Both the position numbers and the translations under genes were made by a program. A stretch of DNA of 64,000 nt from Alkalispirochaeta sp. (lineage in GTDB: Bacteria; Spirochaetota; Spirochaetia; DSM-27196; Alkalispirochaetaceae): positions 192,001 to 256,000 of the forward strand of contig OZ271854.1 in the NCBI GenBank assembly GCA_965601925.1, given 5' to 3'. Below, in pieces: positions 60,251 to 64,000 of this stretch (positions are counted from its first letter, which is position 1; every line of letters starts with the position of its first letter). The notes under the pieces are model-generated. The model was not told the origin of the DNA, made no database searches, and saw only the letters and a program-made list of their open reading frames with translations.

Positions 60251-61963
60251 CTACGTCTTTTCGTTCCGTTGCCACCGCCGGTCACGAACAATGCCGTCGA
60301 CGCCGGCGCGAATCGACTGGGCGGCGGCGTTGTAGGTGGCGCTGATCGATACACCGAGCCCGGCGTTCACTACGTCGTGTACCACGTGGGTCGTCAGTTT
60401 CACGTACGCCGACCGGTGCACGGCGCCCGCCTCGTCGCGCAACAGGAGTGCCGACAGTCCGAAGCGCGCGTTGAGCGCCGAGATTTTGCGTGTAATGCTG
60501 GGAAACAGCGTTCTGACCACCTGAAAAAAGAGGCGATGATACTCCTCGTCGCGACTGAGTACCCGCAGGATCTGGCGATATCGATCGCGTTGCACTCCCC
60601 CGCGCGCTTTGCGGCGCGTCGGGATAAGTCTGCGGATGAGCTCGCGAGCCTCATCGTCGTCGAACTCCTTATCGGTGGCGATCAGAAACAACGTGGTAGC
60701 GGCGGCGTTACGGGCGAACAGAGACAGACGCCCTCCCCCGTGGGACGCCGCCTCCGCCCCGATAAGGCTCAGCACTCTCGGGACCGCGCCTCTCACGATA
60801 CGGTGATGGTCGAGGCTCAGACGCTGGAGAAACCCGCGAGAGCTGCCGGCCACCGCCTCGATCGCATCGTCGAGAATACGCAGCACCCGCACCAACTCGT
60901 TGAAGAGTTCGTCCGAGGCAAGCTCGGCGACGACGCGGCGCAGCGCCGTTTCCTGAGCGGCGGAGAGAACCTCGAGGTCGCCGGAGCGATCGAGCCGATC
61001 CCACAGCTCCTTTACGCGTTCTCGAGCGCTCGTACGGATTACGCCGGCGAGAAACGCATCCAGTTCCCGGACGTACAACTCCGCCTCGTCGATGTCGCTG
61101 GTGTGCGTCAGGTAGTAAACGATCAGATCCAGACTCTTTTTTCCCGCCGGGACCGAGGCGACGACGGATCGAATCAGTTGGTCAAGCACCAGACCCAACG
61201 TTTCGCGGATCTTGGCGTAGATCGTTACCGACGGATCGATATCGGTTTGGAGCAGATCGAGCGCCGGGTCGGGAGGCACAAAGGCGATATCGCGGATCGC
61301 CTCGGCCTCGGCGTCGGTAATCTTGAGTTCGTCTCCGACGTATCGATTGTAATTCGCGACCACCGAGCGGGGATCGAAGCCGGACTCACCGGCCGGACGA
61401 TACCGATTGTGCCACACGAGGATCGGCATGGTGGAACGAATCTCGAAGATACTACGCAGATATCCGCCGGCCGACACGTGAGACGTCGGCTCCGCATTCG
61501 TCACCAGCAGAAGCGCTCCGATATACGGGAGAAAGTGCAGATTCTCTTCGGCGCTGATCCCGGCCGGCAAGTCGAAAATCAATACGTCGTATCGCTCGAC
61601 GAGTTGCTCGGCAAAGCGCGCAAAGAGACGAAATTTCTCCACCCCCCCGTCGTCCCGCGCGCCGGGATGTGGAAAGACGAGATCGATGTTTTCGCCGTAC
61701 GGCGCCACAAACCGCTCAAGGCTGCCGTGCTCCTCGGGGTCACGCAGAACACCGTCGAGCTTCTCCGGTGGTATGTCGAGAATTACCGCCACGTTGGATA
61801 AGGGATCAAGATCGACGAGAGCCGTCCGACACCCCTGCCGCGAGAGAAGGAGCGCTACGTTGAGCGCGGTTGTAGACTTTCCGACGCCGCCTTTTCCGGA
61901 GCCGACCGCCACGCTCCGAGCCCGTAGCGTCGGAACCAAATCGGACGCGACTATGGAACTCAT
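60251..61963 (-). CDS. MinD/FlhG/ParA-family ATPase with long helical C-terminal extension
   Basis: Deviant Walker A SGKGGVGKST, VDLDP, FDLPAG and EPTS. Start moved to ATG 61963 because the -10 overlaps 61975. Confidence 0.85.
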   Translation of the reverse strand: MSSIVASDLVPTLRARSVAVGSGKGGVGKSTTALNVALLLSRQGCRTALVDLDPLSNVAVILDIPPEKLDGVLRDPEEHGSLERFVAPYGENIDLVFPHPGARDDGGVEKFRLFARFAEQLVERYDVLIFDLPAGISAEENLHFLPYIGALLLVTNAEPTSHVSAGGYLRSIFEIRSTMPILVWHNRYRPAGESGFDPRSVVANYNRYVGDELKITDAEAEAIRDIAFVPPDPALDLLQTDIDPSVTIYAKIRETLGLVLDQLIRSVVASVPAGKKSLDLIVYYLTHTSDIDEAELYVRELDAFLAGVIRTSARERVKELWDRLDRSGDLEVLSAAQETALRRVVAELASDELFNELVRVLRILDDAIEAVAGSSRGFLQRLSLDHHRIVRGAVPRVLSLIGAEAASHGGGRLSLFARNAAATTLFLIATDKEFDDDEARELIRRLIPTRRKARGGVQRDRYRQILRVLSRDEEYHRLFFQVVRTLFPSITRKISALNARFGLSALLLRDEAGAVHRSAYVKLTTHVVHDVVNAGLGVSISATYNAAAQSIRAGVDGIVRDRRWQRNEKT

Positions 61964-61973
61964 TACGATACGC

Positions 61974-62024
61974 ATAGTATCGCAACGTCTCCCCTATTGC
62001 AAAAGCTCGGCGTGGTTATACAAT
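61974..62024. promoter_or_regulatory. Divergent promoters sharing one palindromic -35 hexamer
   Basis: TTGCAA at 61997-62002; minus-strand TACTAT at 17 bp and plus-strand TACAAT at 16 bp. Confidence 0.55.
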
Positions 62025-62036
62025 CGCGATAGGACT

Positions 62037-62846
62037 ATGAGTATCACCAAGTCACCAAAAGAGATCGGTCTGGACAACCGCATACTCGAGCTCGTGCCGG
62101 CGCGTTTGGCGGATATCGCCGACAAGATGCTCCACGACGAGGAGATAAAGGCGTTGCAGGACTACGCCAACATCGTGAGCATCAAGCGCCTCGGCTACAA
62201 CGACCATGGGCCGGTACACATGCGCAAGGTCGTGAAAAACGCCCTGAAGTTCGCCAACCTCTTTCGCGACGCCGGCATCTCCATGAGCCTGGAGACCGAG
62301 GGTATCGGATCGTTCCAAGATAGCGTGTTCGCCCTGTTCAGTGCCGGCCTTCTCCACGATATCGGCATGAGTGTGACGCGACAGGACCACGAGAACTACT
62401 CCGCCGAGCTCGCACGACCGATCATCGACCGGTATCTCGCCGAGCTCTACCCGGATGACCTCACGAAACGGGTCATTCTCCGTTCACTCATACTGGAGGG
62501 GATCGTCGGCCACATGGCGATGATCCGCATCCATTCACTGGAGGCGGGGTTGATCCTCATCGCCGACGGATGCGACATGGAAAAGGGACGCGCGCGAATA
62601 CCCATGCTCATCAATACCGAGGCGCGTGTCGGCGACATTCACAAGTATTCGTCCTCGGCGGTGGAGCGCATTACGATCGGCAAGGGAGAACACAAACCGA
62701 TCAAAATCGAAATCGAGATGTCCCAGTCGGTCGGCTTCTTTCAGATCGAGGAGGTGCTCTTTCCCAAACTCAACATGAGCCCCGCCAAGCCTTACATCGA
62801 GCTCACCGCCGGCGTCATCGACGAAGAGCCTAAACGATATCTCTAA
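62037..62846 (+). CDS. HD-domain metal-dependent phosphohydrolase
   Basis: YNDHGPVH, LLHDIG, GH and ADGCDM motifs; SD AGGA. Confidence 0.88.
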   Translation: MSITKSPKEIGLDNRILELVPARLADIADKMLHDEEIKALQDYANIVSIKRLGYNDHGPVHMRKVVKNALKFANLFRDAGISMSLETEGIGSFQDSVFALFSAGLLHDIGMSVTRQDHENYSAELARPIIDRYLAELYPDDLTKRVILRSLILEGIVGHMAMIRIHSLEAGLILIADGCDMEKGRARIPMLINTEARVGDIHKYSSSAVERITIGKGEHKPIKIEIEMSQSVGFFQIEEVLFPKLNMSPAKPYIELTAGVIDEEPKRYL

Positions 62847-62882
62847 CGCGCGCTCGACCGTTCCGCGAGGGCACGTACCCCG

Positions 62883-63851
62883 CTACGCCTCTTCGGTGAG
62901 AAATCGCTCGGCCTCCAACGCCGCCATACAGCCCGATCCCGCGGCGGTGACCGCTTGGCGATAGACTCTGTCCTGCACATCACCGCACGCAAAGACGCCG
63001 GGAATCCCGGTGGTCGTTGACGTGTCTCCGGTAAGGAGATAGCCCGTGTCGTCCATCGGCAACTGGTCGTCGAGAAATGCGGTGTTGGGCGTGTGGCCAA
63101 TGGCGTAGAACAGACCGCTCGCCTCCAACAGACGCTCCTCGCCGCTCTTGTTGTTTCGTACGTTGACGTGGGTAAGGAGCTTGCCGTCGCCGGTAACTTC
63201 AGTCGCGTTGGTATTCCACAAAATCTCGATCTTGTCATTGTCGAGGACGCGCTTCTGCATCGCTTTGGAGGCGCGCAACACGTCGCGCCGCACCAGCATC
63301 GTCACCTTGCTGCCGAACTTGGCGAGGTGGCTCGCTTCCTCGCACGCCGAGTCGCCGCCGCCGATCACGATGAGCGGCTTGTCGCGAAAGATCGGAAGTG
63401 CGCCGTCGCACACCGCGCACGCACTCATCCCGCGCTGCCAGTATTGGTCCTCGCCGGGTAGGCCGAGGCGCCTGGCTGTAGCGCCGGTGGCGACGATGAG
63501 TGTCTTGGCCTTGTACTCGGCAGAGCCGACCTTGACCGTAAATGGTCGACTCGACAGATCCACCGCATCGACGGTCGCGGTCTTAATCCGCGTTCCGAAT
63601 CGCGCGCTCTGCCGCCGCATTTGATCCATGAGCTCGGGCCCCATGATTCCGTCGGAAAAACCGGGGTAGTTCTCAACATCGGTGGTGGTCGTCAATTGTC
63701 CTCCGGCGGCGACACCGCCGGCCATGAACCCCTCGAACATGAGCGGATTGAGATCGGCCCTGGCGGCGTATACCGCGGCGGTATGCCCCGCCGGCCCGGA
63801 ACCGATGATGATTACGTTTTCGATATCGTGATTCTGTTCGTTGTCAGCCAT
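62883..63851 (-). CDS. trxB: Thioredoxin-disulfide reductase
   Basis: IGSGPAG, GGQL, ENYPGF, CAVC, GGGDSA and GVFACGD..D..YRQA motifs. Confidence 0.96.
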   Translation of the reverse strand: MADNEQNHDIENVIIIGSGPAGHTAAVYAARADLNPLMFEGFMAGGVAAGGQLTTTTDVENYPGFSDGIMGPELMDQMRRQSARFGTRIKTATVDAVDLSSRPFTVKVGSAEYKAKTLIVATGATARRLGLPGEDQYWQRGMSACAVCDGALPIFRDKPLIVIGGGDSACEEASHLAKFGSKVTMLVRRDVLRASKAMQKRVLDNDKIEILWNTNATEVTGDGKLLTHVNVRNNKSGEERLLEASGLFYAIGHTPNTAFLDDQLPMDDTGYLLTGDTSTTTGIPGVFACGDVQDRVYRQAVTAAGSGCMAALEAERFLTEEA

Positions 63852-64000
63852 GCCGTGCTCCCACTTCTCCAGTAATGAGGCAGTGTATCTCCCTTGGGAA
63901 ACTCTGTCTTTATTTTTTCTCTATATAGTATAAATAATATTTTACGTATCGCCAAGCAGGCGGAGCGAAGACCGTCGGCGCGTCTCAATCCCGAACACGC

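Overview
A 64 kb, GC-rich and densely coding bacterial chromosomal window, most likely from a free-living spirochete (Spirochaetaceae-like). That placement is inferred from gene content and order (fabV, femX-like gene beside metG, mcsA/mcsB/clpC without ctsR, prfB-PEGA-ftsY-lol run, lipoprotein signals), not from a marker gene. About 55 CDSs are supported, mostly housekeeping: radC, clpC, lolC/D/E-like, ftsY, prfB (programmed +1 frameshift), psuK/psuG, rpsD, a DEAD-box helicase, fabV, folC, rqcH, murD, adenosine deaminase, metG, a TPP-dependent dehydrogenase E1a/E1b/E2 operon, slyD and trxB. I saw no rRNA, tRNA, CRISPR array, transposase, integrase or reverse transcriptase. The most interesting signals are: (1) several apparently inactivated or re-purposed enzymes in intact operons, namely a catalytically dead McsB with truncated McsA next to ClpC, a MEMO1 lacking metal ligands next to a receptor-like pseudokinase in a macrodomain-RqcH operon, and a HisD with remodelled substrate/Zn ligands; (2) a lipoprotein GH14 beta-amylase with a LacI-type operator; (3) a pseudo-receiver/anti-sigma kinase/cNMP fusion; (4) a stand-alone FliG-C-like protein; and (5) unusual promoter architecture, with many apparently leaderless genes, divergent genes 15 bp apart, a shared palindromic -35 and a perfect palindrome over a start codon. 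All assignments come from motif recognition by eye; no searches were run.
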